DNA of 64,000 nucleotides. Source: a virus. Taxonomy: Duplodnaviria > Caudoviricetes. Shown here piece by piece: positions 1 through 10,196 of the stretch. Every line of letters begins with the position of its first letter. Position 1 is the first letter of the stretch. A program made the translations under genes and the position numbers. Location: the IMG/VR virus record IMGVR_UViG_2724679654_000001, positions 1 through 64,000 of that record, one strand, 5' to 3'. The notes beneath the pieces are model-generated. The model worked only from the letters and a program-made list of their open reading frames with translations, was not told the DNA's origin and ran no database searches.

Positions 1-1197
1 TTGCTCACAGATACCAAGCTACGCAATCTAAAGCCTCAAGAAAAAATGTATAAAGTATCAGATCGTGATGGTTTGTATGTTGCGGTTGCAAAATCAGGTA
101 GTGTTTCATTTCGGTATAACTACACATTTAATAGCAGGCAGGAAACGGTAACTTTTGGGCAATATGGAATAGGTGGCATTACTCTGGCCGAAGCCCGAGA
201 AATGTTGCACGATGCAAAGCGCATGATTGCATCCGGGAAATCTCCGGCGCAGGAGAAGGCGAGAGCAAAAAAACATGAGAGACAGGCGCAGACTTTCGAT
301 GATTGGGCCATAAGATGGTTAAAGGCGGGTGAAATGGCAGACTCAACGCGTGATATGCGCCGCGCATGCTACGAGCGAGAATTGAAGCGACCGTTTGGCA
401 ATAGATTGCTGAAAGAAATCAATCACGATGATTTGCGTTCCTTGTGCGACAAAATAGTTGAGCGTGGAGCCCCGGCAACTGCGATACATTCGCGTGAAAT
501 TGTGATGCAGGTTTTTAGGTGGGCGAATGAGCGCGGACAGAGTGTAGCAAACCCGGCTGATATGGTGAGACCCAAAACAATTGCGCGCTTCCAGCCGCGC
601 GAGCGCGCTTTATCTCATGATGAAATTGGTTTGATGTACGAGTATCTTGATAAGGTATCCGCTGGCCCTCAGTTCAGAGTAGCGTGCAAATTGCTTTTAT
701 TGACGATGGTCCGTAAGGGTGAACTGACAAATGCAAAATGGCCTGAAATCAATTTTACTGATGCGATATGGACCATACCAAAAGAAAGAATGAAATTGCG
801 TCGGCCGCATCTTGTTTTTTTGTCAAATCAGGCTTTGGATATTTTTATCGCGCTGAAAACTTTCGCCGGTGGTTCTGAATATGTTTTGCCATCCCGCTAT
901 GATGCTAATGCCTCAATGAGTGATGCCACCCTGAACAGAGTGTTGGAGTTGGTTTATAAAGCGGCTCAGAAGGACGGTAAAAATCTTTATAAATTCGGGC
1001 CGCACGATCTCCGTAGAACTACAAGTACGCTATTGCACGAAGCAGGGTACAACACGGACTGGATTGAGAAGTGTCTTGCTCACGAGCAACGCGGTACCAG
1101 GGCTGTCTATAACAAGGCAGAATACCGTGAGCAGCGAGCCGCCATGATGCAGGATTGGGCTGACATGATCGATGGCTGGACTATCAAGAAGCGATAA
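1..1197 (+). CDS. int: Tyrosine integrase (P4-like, N-terminal arm-binding domain)
   Basis: TTG start; MLTDTKLRNLKP..D.DGLY arm domain; catalytic R (MVRKGEL), HDLRRT, LAH, VYN. Confidence 0.95.
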   Translation: MLTDTKLRNLKPQEKMYKVSDRDGLYVAVAKSGSVSFRYNYTFNSRQETVTFGQYGIGGITLAEAREMLHDAKRMIASGKSPAQEKARAKKHERQAQTFDDWAIRWLKAGEMADSTRDMRRACYERELKRPFGNRLLKEINHDDLRSLCDKIVERGAPATAIHSREIVMQVFRWANERGQSVANPADMVRPKTIARFQPRERALSHDEIGLMYEYLDKVSAGPQFRVACKLLLLTMVRKGELTNAKWPEINFTDAIWTIPKERMKLRRPHLVFLSNQALDIFIALKTFAGGSEYVLPSRYDANASMSDATLNRVLELVYKAAQKDGKNLYKFGPHDLRRTTSTLLHEAGYNTDWIEKCLAHEQRGTRAVYNKAEYREQRAAMMQDWADMIDGWTIKKR

Positions 1198-1417
1198 CCG
1201 TTCTACCTGGTCTTGCAGCCTCTTTGCCGGACTCTTGGCGCTCCTTAATCCAAGCCTCTACATCAGCCAGAACCCACGCAACATTACGACTTGTCAGCGC
1301 TATCCTCTTCGGAAAATCGCCGCGCTTCTCCATGTTATAAATGGCTTTTTCTGACAAAGGTATTATTGATAGCAACGTTTTTTTGTTGATTAATTTCTTC
1401 ATTAATATATCAGTCAT
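1184..1417 (-). CDS. AlpA-family excisionase/regulator
   Basis: IYNMEKRGDFPKRIALTSRNVAW motif; convergent with integrase. Confidence 0.9.
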   Translation of the reverse strand: MTDILMKKLINKKTLLSIIPLSEKAIYNMEKRGDFPKRIALTSRNVAWVLADVEAWIKERQESGKEAARPGRTVIAS

Positions 1418-1527
1418 ATCAAATTCTTCGTTCTTTTGAGTTGATTTAGAATCAATAATTAATCTTGTATTCTTCTAATTGCCCTGGCACAAGAACGCAT
1501 GGCACGCCCTCCCAGGTGAAACCTGAA

Positions 1528-1752
1528 TTATCGTTTGAGCAGTTGAGGGTCAATTTTTGCGGCATGCCTAAACTTAATTAATCCGAAATTATTAAATGTA
1601 ATACTTTTAATATGCTTGGGCATAGGAAATGATTTCAGTATCTCCTTCGCTGCCAGCAGATCAGCTAATGTGAAATTATTCTGCATGCCGGTCGTTGCAG
1701 TGGTTGATGCTGTCTGGGGAACATTCAATTGATTAAGTAATCTGTTGTTCAT
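1528..1752 (-). CDS. Hypothetical phage protein
   Basis: ORF with RBS-like AAGGA in leftward early operon. Confidence 0.5.
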   Translation of the reverse strand: MNNRLLNQLNVPQTASTTATTGMQNNFTLADLLAAKEILKSFPMPKHIKSITFNNFGLIKFRHAAKIDPQLLKR

Positions 1753-1761
1753 GTCTTATCC

Positions 1762-2037
1762 TTAATACCTAACAAAATAAGGTATATATCCACCGAGCCT
1801 GTCTCTTAATTTAAGGAGTGCGTTATGCCAGGCTCTGCGGTAAATATTAATATCAGGATCGTCGCTTTCTTCTATTTCAAAAAATTCGCATTCTCCTTCT
1901 TGTATGTTTTTCCCCAAAAGAGCATATCCACAATTTCCGTCTATACCGACTTCGGCTCTATCATAAATATACTCGCCATCAAATGCTCGTATGCATTTTA
2001 TAGTGCCGTCATTAGCCATATAATTTTCAATTTCCAC
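1762..2037 (-). CDS. Hypothetical phage protein
   Basis: ORF tightly packed in leftward operon. Confidence 0.6.
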   Translation of the reverse strand: MEIENYMANDGTIKCIRAFDGEYIYDRAEVGIDGNCGYALLGKNIQEGECEFFEIEESDDPDINIYRRAWHNALLKLRDRLGGYIPYFVRY

Positions 2038-2052
2038 TATTCACTCTGCCTC

Positions 2053-2391
2053 TTACAGATAAATAAATTCAATTCTGTTTACTATCCGATCCGCTTCGCA
2101 TTTGTTGTGATACTGAAACATCCAAATAAAATCTTGCGGCACAAAGTCAGGAAACCCTTCCAGCAGGCAATCCTCCAGAGTGATAGCGTTCAGCGGTTCG
2201 GCCCTTACACTTACTATTCTGATTAATCCCAGACGCTTTATCTTTTCACCTTTACGCAACCCCATCGCTTTTTCAACACCACACAACACCGTTCCGGTTT
2301 TCAGATTGCACCATCCGAGTCGCCTGGTAACCGTTTTTGTGCGATGCATAAACTGCTGCGTGGTTAGCGCGAAACTCATGTTTCTGGCCAT
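2053..2391 (-). CDS. ASCH/PUA-like domain protein
   Basis: SF..T......KTVTRR and EPLNAIT.EDC..EGF motifs. Confidence 0.8.
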   Translation of the reverse strand: MARNMSFALTTQQFMHRTKTVTRRLGWCNLKTGTVLCGVEKAMGLRKGEKIKRLGLIRIVSVRAEPLNAITLEDCLLEGFPDFVPQDFIWMFQYHNKCEADRIVNRIEFIYL

Positions 2392-2407
2392 ATTTCACTA
2401 TCCATAA

Positions 2408-2971
2408 TCACAATTCAATCAATTTAACTATTGCTGCAAACTTACCCGGATACCAACTAACAACCCCGGACTCATCGATCGCTTTGTTTAACGCATTTAC
2501 TGCAGCCTGCACGTTACTAGGCAACTCGCAACCTTCCGGAAACTCATCATCCCAATGATCGTTTCTAATGTGCGAAAGATTGTTCGGTTCGCAAATAAAC
2601 AGTTCTAATTCTTCTGGATCTGTTATCTCACACTCATCTATCAGATTAGTAAGGTCATCTATATCAAACAAATACTCATCATTACGCTGCGAGTAGAGCG
2701 GTGTTTCATGATCCCATTCGATCCTTTCTGCCTGATTATATTTCTCGATTTCCCTGCTTCTAGTGCATGATTTGCAATACGAATTACGCGAAATTACCGC
2801 TCCGCAATCGCAATGCTTGTGTGTTGATCCCGAATATCTGGCCAATCTCTCATCAGTACCGAAGAACCGGCCATCACGATCAACCCACCCGCTAATGCCG
2901 GTGACAAATTTCGCCGCTTCCTCGGATTCTGGGAATATCGGTTTTGTCTCTACTACGCTATTTTTTTTCAT
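2408..2971 (-). CDS. Hypothetical phage protein with CxC/CxxC motifs
   Basis: 187-aa ORF; GWVDRDGRFFG..ERLARYSG.TH..C.CG pattern typical of phage early genes. Confidence 0.7.
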   Translation of the reverse strand: MKKNSVVETKPIFPESEEAAKFVTGISGWVDRDGRFFGTDERLARYSGSTHKHCDCGAVISRNSYCKSCTRSREIEKYNQAERIEWDHETPLYSQRNDEYLFDIDDLTNLIDECEITDPEELELFICEPNNLSHIRNDHWDDEFPEGCELPSNVQAAVNALNKAIDESGVVSWYPGKFAAIVKLIEL

Positions 2972-3248
2972 TTCTGTCTTCTGCGGATATTGATTTCAGG
3001 CCAAATAATGCGACCGGTTGTACAAAATCCTCATTCAGATGGATACGAGTCATTGATGCCCAACGGATTCTCAAATCTTCAATATTGGCAGCAACAACTA
3101 CAGATACTCCAAACCTATCTTCAAGAACAGCAGATACCCCCGTGTAGCAAATACCGTTAGCTGATGCTTTGAATCTAGGAAAATTAGATACCTTAACCAT
3201 TTTTAGACTCGTCATATTTAATGATTCCCCATCCGTATCCACATACAA
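2958..3248 (-). CDS. Hypothetical protein
   Basis: ORF overlapping the next gene; start uncertain. Confidence 0.45.
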   Translation of the reverse strand: MYVDTDGESLNMTSLKMVKVSNFPRFKASANGICYTGVSAVLEDRFGVSVVVAANIEDLRIRWASMTRIHLNEDFVQPVALFGLKSISAEDRNEKK

Positions 3249-3309
3249 AAAATATGACCGCTATAACTGATACAAGATAGGCAATATTCACTTTAAATTC
3301 CTTGAGCAT

Positions 3310-5040
3310 TTAAGCCGCTTCGGCCTTACTATTCTGGATAACACCGTTCTCGATCCAATGAACCCCGATAACTGGCGGCAGACCTGGCGGAGATTTCAGT
3401 GTTGCGAACAGAATAATTGATTCGATATCGCCATTTTCAGCTAGGTCAATTAACCAGTTCAGGTACGCGCTGCGGCTTGGAAGATCAAGTAAATCAACCT
3501 CATCAACCACGAAGAATTTGATTCCTGACACATAACTTATGGCTTCGGCAATCATCGAATCAATCAATAAACGTGTTGCTTTAGAGCTAAACGAATAAAG
3601 CTTCCCGTCATCTTCCATTATGGTCATATCATCCTGAATATGGACGTTTCCATAGAACCCGAGTGCTTTAACGCTAATCGCTATCCGGTCATTGATTGGT
3701 TTCAATGCAGCGCCAAGCATTTCACTCGGTATGCCATCAGATGACAGTGAGCTTGCAATTAGATCCCACTCCTGAACATCTGCGTGATATCCGGCTGCTT
3801 TTTTGGTTTTGATTTCGGCTTCTGCGGCCAGTTGAATTTTTTTGTTGATGGCTTCAAGATTGTCAGTGAACTGTTTTCGATTCTCTTTTAATACTGATAC
3901 TTGCTTGTTCAGTGCGTCAATATCATACTTTTGCACATTATTATCTTTGCTCTCAAGCATTGCCAATTGCTCACGCGCTGCTGTTGCCGTAGCAATATCA
4001 CGCTCACCGTTTGCCACTGCATTCTTCAGCATTTTTAACGTGTCCTCATATTCTGGTAGTTTCGTGACCGAATCTTCATCGCCATGCAAATCACCAGCTC
4101 GCTTAATCAACTCCTTGCCGTTGAATGTGAGTTCTGATCCACAATCCGGGCATTTGCACGCAATGTTACCGGGCATTGATCCCATAGCAAGCCTGCGCGT
4201 ATCCTCAACTTTTACTGTCCATATTGCTACTTGCTGGCGATCGTTATCGAGTTTTGTCCTGATGCGGTCAATCTTTTCGGCAACTTCGCGCAGCCGGACA
4301 ATTTCAGAATTGCGTGCTTTTGATCCATTCGCTTCCGCTTGAGCTGCGCCAAGTTTCTGGTTAGCTTGTTCAAGTTCTTTTTCCGTAAACTCCAAGTCGG
4401 CCTCAAGCTCTCTTTTCTTTGATTCATCAACTTCCGGAACGGGCGATTTCCAATCTGCGGCCTTAATTGCACCATACGTTTCACTGGTTGTTGCTTTCCA
4501 ATTAGCGCGCGCTTGCTTTACGTTTTCCAATGAGTGCTTTTCTGCGTTATCAAAACTCGACCGAAGGAAGGGTATGATCATTTCAACTTTTGCTGCATCG
4601 CATTTACGCTCCAGCAATTTGCCTTTCACTTCTGCCCCATCGCTTCTCAGGTTGCCCAAGTCAAACAAAAATCTTTTGCGTTCATCAGGCATGACACTGC
4701 CAAACAACTGAGGATTCAAAACGTAGGGTAGGGCTGGCGGCAATTGGCCGGTCAATTCATGCGTCCCGTTCGGTAGCGTAATGCATGCTTTTTTCCCGTT
4801 GTCGTAATCAACAAGCGTATAGCCGACATTGTTGCCATCTTCACGGTTGATCAGTAATCCATAATTCTTTTTGAGCGGTTCTTTCGGATTATCCCCGGTA
4901 AACGCATGGATGATGCCATCGCGCAAACTTGATTTGCCTGCCCGATTACTACCGCAGATCAGCGTAATAGGCGCGTTAACATCTATCTCAACGCGGCGCA
5001 CCGCAACCATTCCGGATGCTGATATTTTTTGTATTTTCAT
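3310..5040 (-). CDS. SMC/Rad50/SbcC-like ATPase
   Basis: Walker A GSNRAGKS, long coiled coil with CPDC zinc hook, Walker B VVDEVD. Confidence 0.85.
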   Translation of the reverse strand: MKIQKISASGMVAVRRVEIDVNAPITLICGSNRAGKSSLRDGIIHAFTGDNPKEPLKKNYGLLINREDGNNVGYTLVDYDNGKKACITLPNGTHELTGQLPPALPYVLNPQLFGSVMPDERKRFLFDLGNLRSDGAEVKGKLLERKCDAAKVEMIIPFLRSSFDNAEKHSLENVKQARANWKATTSETYGAIKAADWKSPVPEVDESKKRELEADLEFTEKELEQANQKLGAAQAEANGSKARNSEIVRLREVAEKIDRIRTKLDNDRQQVAIWTVKVEDTRRLAMGSMPGNIACKCPDCGSELTFNGKELIKRAGDLHGDEDSVTKLPEYEDTLKMLKNAVANGERDIATATAAREQLAMLESKDNNVQKYDIDALNKQVSVLKENRKQFTDNLEAINKKIQLAAEAEIKTKKAAGYHADVQEWDLIASSLSSDGIPSEMLGAALKPINDRIAISVKALGFYGNVHIQDDMTIMEDDGKLYSFSSKATRLLIDSMIAEAISYVSGIKFFVVDEVDLLDLPSRSAYLNWLIDLAENGDIESIILFATLKSPPGLPPVIGVHWIENGVIQNSKAEAA

Positions 5041-5057
5041 GATTAAGCTTCCTCGCT

Positions 5058-5936
5058 TTATTGATCTGCAGATTTCTCACCCAATGTACCGATGAGTTCA
5101 TTGATTATTCTCAAACACTGCCCGGAACGGATCATAAATTCGTTGTCGAAATAGTTATCATCGGTGTCGAATTCGGAGCGATCCTCAACAAGATCAGGAA
5201 GGGTGATTTTGCTAATTACTAATTTATTATCGATTGTAAAAAAACATCCTTCATCACCGCTCTGAAGTGCAATCTCAAGTTTTACCGGGCGCTTGCCTTG
5301 CAGCACATAATTGCTAACTGCTCCGGTATCAAGCGATTCATTTTTATATGTAATTTTCTTGAATGCAGCATCAGAGTCTTGCAGAACACAACTCCTGCCG
5401 AGCGCAAAATTATCAACACTGGAATCATCAGCAAGTATTAGTTCGCGCATGAATGATTCAATCGGTTTTTCAGTAACTAATCGATAACCGAGCCAATCAA
5501 GATCCTTGATTAATTTGTTGATAACATCATCAGAAACCTTAGTCGATGTTGTCTCAATACACATCAAATCATGCTCAGTATTGATCCACACGTTAAAAAA
5601 TTTGCTGACCGTGAAAGCTTTGGCATAGAGCGATTCGATAATCTGCTCTTTAAGATCACGTTTCATTTTTTTGCCAACTTTATAACCTTGCTCTTCCTCG
5701 ATCTGAGTGATTCTGCGCTTAAGTTCTTTATCAATAACCTGCACTGGCAAGAGTTTTTCTTGCTTTTCACACGTAATTAAATGGTTGTGACCAACTGATA
5801 TAAACGGATTTTCATCGCGCAATACTTTCCATCCGAATCCCAGTTTTCCCGGTATAACCAGATTGTTTTTCAGCAATTCAAAATCCGGTTTCCAGCCTTT
5901 CTCTGACCTGAATATTGTTAGATTTTTCATGTCCAA
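5058..5936 (-). CDS. rdgC: Recombination-associated protein RdgC (phage-type)
   Basis: KNLTIFR, GFGW, QEKLLP.QVI..EL, KAF motifs. Confidence 0.85.
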   Translation of the reverse strand: MDMKNLTIFRSEKGWKPDFELLKNNLVIPGKLGFGWKVLRDENPFISVGHNHLITCEKQEKLLPVQVIDKELKRRITQIEEEQGYKVGKKMKRDLKEQIIESLYAKAFTVSKFFNVWINTEHDLMCIETTSTKVSDDVINKLIKDLDWLGYRLVTEKPIESFMRELILADDSSVDNFALGRSCVLQDSDAAFKKITYKNESLDTGAVSNYVLQGKRPVKLEIALQSGDEGCFFTIDNKLVISKITLPDLVEDRSEFDTDDNYFDNEFMIRSGQCLRIINELIGTLGEKSADQ

Positions 5937-6460
5937 TCCTTATTGTTTTTTAGTACAATCTCGCTCCGTTTCACGTTGTGACCGTTATTCACAAGCACTT
6001 GATAAACATAAACTATTGTTGTGTTTATTGATTTTGCAATCTGCTTCGGCGTTTTTCCTGAATCGAACATTTCGCAAATCATGGTTTTCTTGTCTTTTCT
6101 CACCAGCCCCAGCTTTTCTCTTACTGCGCGCGCGTAAAAATTAGCTGTTTGTCGCGTGATAAATTTACCGTTCCCTTTATCAAAAAATCCCCGATCCATC
6201 AAAATACTATAAATATCACTGTTATTTACCATCCCTGATTTGATGCAAACTGTTATGCCGCGAATCAATTTTCTCGTTACAAATGTTTGTATTTCGTAAG
6301 GGTTTTTCTTTTGTTTGTAACGATCCCTGTCGGCCTCCGCTGATTCGGTGGTGTTTATGACGCTTGATATGCGATCAGGGATAGTGACAACCCCCAGCCA
6401 ATTTCTTGCTGCGTTTAGCGCTTCGTCATCGCTCTGATGGTTTTGTGCCGTTGTCTGCAT
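5927..6460 (-). CDS. Hypothetical DNA-binding protein (C-terminal HTH)
   Basis: GKTPKQIAKSINTTIVYVYQVL HTH-like segment. Confidence 0.6.
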   Translation of the reverse strand: MQTTAQNHQSDDEALNAARNWLGVVTIPDRISSVINTTESAEADRDRYKQKKNPYEIQTFVTRKLIRGITVCIKSGMVNNSDIYSILMDRGFFDKGNGKFITRQTANFYARAVREKLGLVRKDKKTMICEMFDSGKTPKQIAKSINTTIVYVYQVLVNNGHNVKRSEIVLKNNKDWT

Positions 6461-6465
6461 GTTTT

Positions 6466-7503
6466 TTACTCCAAATCAAACGATTTGCGCTTCGGTTGCG
6501 GCCTTTCTTCCTGCTGCTGCGCCTCTGCCATTAATTTACGCTGAATGTCTTCTTGCTCTGCCAGTGATGGTTCATCAGTTTTAGATTGGATTTCTTCCGG
6601 CTTGATATCCGGGTTATATTGCTCGATTTGTTTTGTTGATTCAGATTTGTCGTTGGTAATCTCTCCCGTTTCTTCATCAACAACTTCAGGTGCATCTTCA
6701 GGGATTATCTGAAAATCACCTTGTATATCATCAAGATGTTGATCTTTGCCTGCGTCTGCCATACCATCTAAAGCGGATGCTGTCTGAAATTCAATGGATA
6801 ATGGCAAGTATTTTGCTAGTCTACGAATTACTGTTTTGCGCCCCATTTCTATAAAATGATCTTTCCAAACAGAAGATTCCCGCTTGTTCTTGCGCTCACT
6901 TGCCGTTTTAATTTCTTCAACCTGGTATCTGCTCATAAACTCGAAAGCGTGACCGCCGTCTTTGAGTTTGGCTATTGCGTAAAATCCGATGACTTCACCG
7001 CGCGCACTCATCGATGGAGTATGGTTGAGTTTTTCATCCAGCCCATAGACAAGCTCAAATTTATCGTTTGAGCAAACTTCGTGCGCCGCTATACTGATGA
7101 TCTGACCGGAACGTCTCGCAAGGTCTATCAATCCTTTATAGCCAATAATTACCTGTACGGAATTGACCCATTTTTCATTGCCGTTTGCGTCCTTGCGTTT
7201 GGTGTTAAAAGGCAAAAGGTACGCATGTCCCAAAACCGTGTTTGGTTCCAGCCCCATTTGCGCGCACTGGCCAATTGCTCCGATAAGACTCGGAACATCA
7301 CATTTCGCAAGCGCCGGTGTTGTGGTTGCTGCAATTTGCGCAACTTTCAAAAGTCTCTCTGCGTTCAAATGCTTGGGTAGCATCTTGCTGATCTCCGCCT
7401 TCTTTGAGTTCAACAAGTGAGCTATCTGATCTTTAGGTTTTAGGTCAGAGAACCTTGCTTTGTCTTCGCCAGTTGCTGCGGCTTTTAATGCTTGTACGCT
7501 CAT
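6466..7503 (-). CDS. recT: RecT single-strand annealing recombinase
   Basis: GLEPN..LGHAYLLPF, IIGYKGLIDLARRSG, MGRKTVIRRLAKYLPLS. Confidence 0.95.
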   Translation of the reverse strand: MSVQALKAAATGEDKARFSDLKPKDQIAHLLNSKKAEISKMLPKHLNAERLLKVAQIAATTTPALAKCDVPSLIGAIGQCAQMGLEPNTVLGHAYLLPFNTKRKDANGNEKWVNSVQVIIGYKGLIDLARRSGQIISIAAHEVCSNDKFELVYGLDEKLNHTPSMSARGEVIGFYAIAKLKDGGHAFEFMSRYQVEEIKTASERKNKRESSVWKDHFIEMGRKTVIRRLAKYLPLSIEFQTASALDGMADAGKDQHLDDIQGDFQIIPEDAPEVVDEETGEITNDKSESTKQIEQYNPDIKPEEIQSKTDEPSLAEQEDIQRKLMAEAQQQEERPQPKRKSFDLE

Positions 7504-7513
7504 GATAATTTCC

Positions 7514-8446
7514 TTATTTTTTGAGTCTTAAAACACGAGAATCTGATGTTTTAAGATATTGATTGTAGATTCCAGGTGCCTGAGTTTTTATGGTTTCAAC
7601 ATCTAATCTGTCAGTAGACTGAGATTTCCATGTCAACACTGGCTTGCCGTTTGATATTGCTACGGAAGCAGTCTTAAGTATTTTCCCAATCATTATTTTT
7701 ATTCTTGTTTCAGCAGCTTCTCCGTTTTTCAGTGCTTGCTTTACAACTTTCAGCTCATCAATCAGATCTAGCAATTCATCGCTTGCTTCTATTGCTTCAC
7801 CGCTGTCACGAGAGTAGAGCCTTAAAATATCTTCCAGTGTCGTAGGTTCCGGTGCTTCGCGCTTCTGGATGCTGTCCCAAAACCATATTTCTTGATTGCG
7901 AATAATTTGGATCATTTCATCGTCACGATTAACCTGATGCACGCGCAGATCATCTGCTCCAATCAATGCCGCAACGATGGTTTTATTACGCCCCGTAATC
8001 ATTTGCCCATGCAGAACTTGGCTCGTGTAATACAGGGGTATTTCATCAGTCCCTTCTTCACCCCAATCCTTGGCGGCAAACGGATGAACGGTTTTCATTT
8101 CACCGTTCACATGCTCGCCATCAAGCATCAATTCAAGGTCGATCTCTGCTGCCAGAAACGCATGCTCAGGATCTAGGTAACGCTCATTTCTCGCTATAAT
8201 CTTTACGTCGTGGCCGCGATCTTCCAGCTCATCAACCAGCATTTCAATCACAACGGGTTCCCAGCGTTTCCCGCGATTGAATATTTTTTGTTTGGCTGGC
8301 GTTACTTCTTCTTGGTGTTCGCCTACTTTTTCTTGATAAAGCTGAAATTTCGACTTCCATGGCGAAACTCCCAGTATCGCCGCAGTATCAGACCCACCAA
8401 TAAAACGTGTTCTGTCGTGATGAATTTCTTGTGGTAATGCGCTCAT
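7514..8446 (-). CDS. YqaJ/lambda-exonuclease-family viral recombination nuclease
   Basis: IGGSDTAAILGVSPWKS, EID, EMKT, YYTSQV; adjacent to recT; ATG at 8446 chosen. Confidence 0.9.
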   Translation of the reverse strand: MSALPQEIHHDRTRFIGGSDTAAILGVSPWKSKFQLYQEKVGEHQEEVTPAKQKIFNRGKRWEPVVIEMLVDELEDRGHDVKIIARNERYLDPEHAFLAAEIDLELMLDGEHVNGEMKTVHPFAAKDWGEEGTDEIPLYYTSQVLHGQMITGRNKTIVAALIGADDLRVHQVNRDDEMIQIIRNQEIWFWDSIQKREAPEPTTLEDILRLYSRDSGEAIEASDELLDLIDELKVVKQALKNGEAAETRIKIMIGKILKTASVAISNGKPVLTWKSQSTDRLDVETIKTQAPGIYNQYLKTSDSRVLRLKK

Positions 8447-8681
8447 TACTTCTTGCTCCTTGTAATTTTTGCCAGCCGCCACGCTTCTAAAAATGTAAAC
8501 CGCTCGCGAATATAGAAATCAAATCAGATATGAACTTCCATGTTCTAACGATCTTCGTGATCATGATTGTGTTCTCCGCAGAACTGATATGTATCGCACC
8601 ACCGCTGTGCCGCGCCATCGTCCATCCAGATTGCTGATAGCACCAGCAGGATTCCCAAAACAATCAATTTGATCTCTTCGT

Positions 8682-9026
8682 TCACGGCACCACCTCCAGA
8701 TTTGTGATTGTGGACTTCAACTTAGCGAGTTTTTCAGTTCTCGTTGCAACACCAGCAGATTCATAGGTGCAATCCACACACAGAATGAACGCATCCAGAA
8801 TGTTCACGTTTTGCTGTATATTTCTGTGTTCTTGCGAAAACTCATCAATAAGCCCTTGACGTTTTGTCAGCGATGCCTGCAAACATTTCAAAAATTCAGA
8901 AACATCAAGCGGATATTCGCGATTCATAACTAAGTCATCTATCGCTATACTCAACTGATCCCATTGGTTCTCGCGTATACGCAACGCAACTTGCTTGCTG
9001 GATAATTTCATGACCGGTAGATTCAT
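8682..9026 (-). CDS. Hypothetical protein
   Basis: 114-aa ORF with ATGA coupling to the upstream gene. Confidence 0.6.
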   Translation of the reverse strand: MNLPVMKLSSKQVALRIRENQWDQLSIAIDDLVMNREYPLDVSEFLKCLQASLTKRQGLIDEFSQEHRNIQQNVNILDAFILCVDCTYESAGVATRTEKLAKLKSTITNLEVVP

Positions 9027-9193
9027 TTGTTAATCTCATCATCTTGCGGAATTCCTATGTCACGAACCCACTCAGTTCTATCTGCTTCTTGGTTGTAGAA
9101 CTGATACCAAATTGATCCGTCATCACATAGCACCGTTAATAATCCAGTGTTATTTTTAAGCATCTGTATCGGTTTTCTACTTCCCGATATCAT
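9023..9193 (-). CDS. Small hypothetical protein (MISGSRKP...)
   Basis: GAGGTGG RBS, ATGA overlaps at both ends; LCDDGSIW motif. Confidence 0.55.
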   Translation of the reverse strand: MISGSRKPIQMLKNNTGLLTVLCDDGSIWYQFYNQEADRTEWVRDIGIPQDDEINK

Positions 9194-9342
9194 TTCGCCA
9201 CCTCTACACAAACGCTGCACCGGCAATTTGCTCGACCGATTGCGTCCATGACGGCAGCCGATGTCGATCGGAACAAGCCGGTATATCGGTAGCTGTAGTT
9301 GGCTGTTTTGATTAGTACTCGGCATTTCATTAGTTGATTCAT
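9190..9342 (-). CDS. 50-aa first gene of the PL operon (MNQLMKCRVLIKTANYSYRYTGLFRSTSAAVMDAI...)
   Basis: Not in ORF track; GGAGGA RBS, ATG 9342, TGA overlapping next ATG. Confidence 0.6.
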   Translation of the reverse strand: MNQLMKCRVLIKTANYSYRYTGLFRSTSAAVMDAIGRANCRCSVCVEVAK

Positions 9343-9481
9343 AAAATCCTCCCGTTTTTTATTGCCGTCTCTCTCCGGCTGTCACGTCGCACCCATATTC
9401 CGGCGAGTTCATGGCGACTAGCTGCCAAGGTGTAATTCTTTTCAATCAGCCTACGCTCACGGTTTATGGCTGGTTAATGAT

Positions 9482-9523
9482 GTAACTATAGTTACTATTT
9501 ATGATAATGTCAACCTTAGTTAC
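9482..9523 (-). promoter_or_regulatory. Leftward early promoter PL with two repressor operators (OL)
   Basis: Minus-strand TTGACA-17bp-TATAGT; palindrome GTAACTATAGTTAC (9482-9495) and TCAACCTTAGTTAC (9510-9523) overlap -10 and -35. Confidence 0.85.
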
Positions 9524-9709
9524 ATATAAAATGTAAATATGATTACTAAACACGAAATGGTATTATTTTCAGAGATGGAGTGGTGTGGTTGTGCTGTGCG
9601 GGATGGAACTATGGGCAGTGCGCCCGTGCGAATGGGAAAAGAGCTTGATTTGTTTTATGATGCCGGTTCACAACAATACTGTTGTGTTTCTAATAATAAA
9701 GGGGAGAAA

Positions 9710-10099
9710 ATGAGAAGGATTCTGAGCGCGGCATTAATGGCAATGACATTTTCCGGGTGTGCCACGATGTTCAACGGATCAACGCAACAGGTTGCAATCC
9801 GCAGCAATCAACCGGATGTCGATCTGTATGTTAATGAAGCGCTTGTTGGCAAGGGAAACACGGTTACCACATTCAGGAAGAAAGAGGATTACATCATTAC
9901 GGCCAGGAAAGAGGGTTGCAATGCTGTTTCCATTCCCGCGTCAAAATCTTTTGACGCAACAACGCTGCTCGGTATCCTGATCGATTTCGGAATCATCACT
10001 ATTCTGGTTGTGGATGGTGCAGGTACAGGCGCCTGGAATAAATTCGACCAGACCAGCTATGTGATCGATCCGCAGTGCCCGGTGAAGAATGTAAGTTGA
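9710..10099 (+). CDS. Lipoprotein with PEGA-like domain
   Basis: GGGGAG RBS, signal peptide with lipobox FSG-C, C-terminal hydrophobic helix. Confidence 0.75.
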   Translation: MRRILSAALMAMTFSGCATMFNGSTQQVAIRSNQPDVDLYVNEALVGKGNTVTTFRKKEDYIITARKEGCNAVSIPASKSFDATTLLGILIDFGIITILVVDGAGTGAWNKFDQTSYVIDPQCPVKNVS

Positions 10100-10196
10100 T
10101 GCGTTAAGCATGTTCCAGGAATTGCTTTCTGGAACATGCCCACCAATGCCAGCCGGAGCAGGTTTGGTGTTAGGGGGAGGGCGTGCCATCATTTGG

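Noticed and set aside
1-60. attL core
   Set aside because: Window begins at the integrase start codon; no flank or partner repeat available
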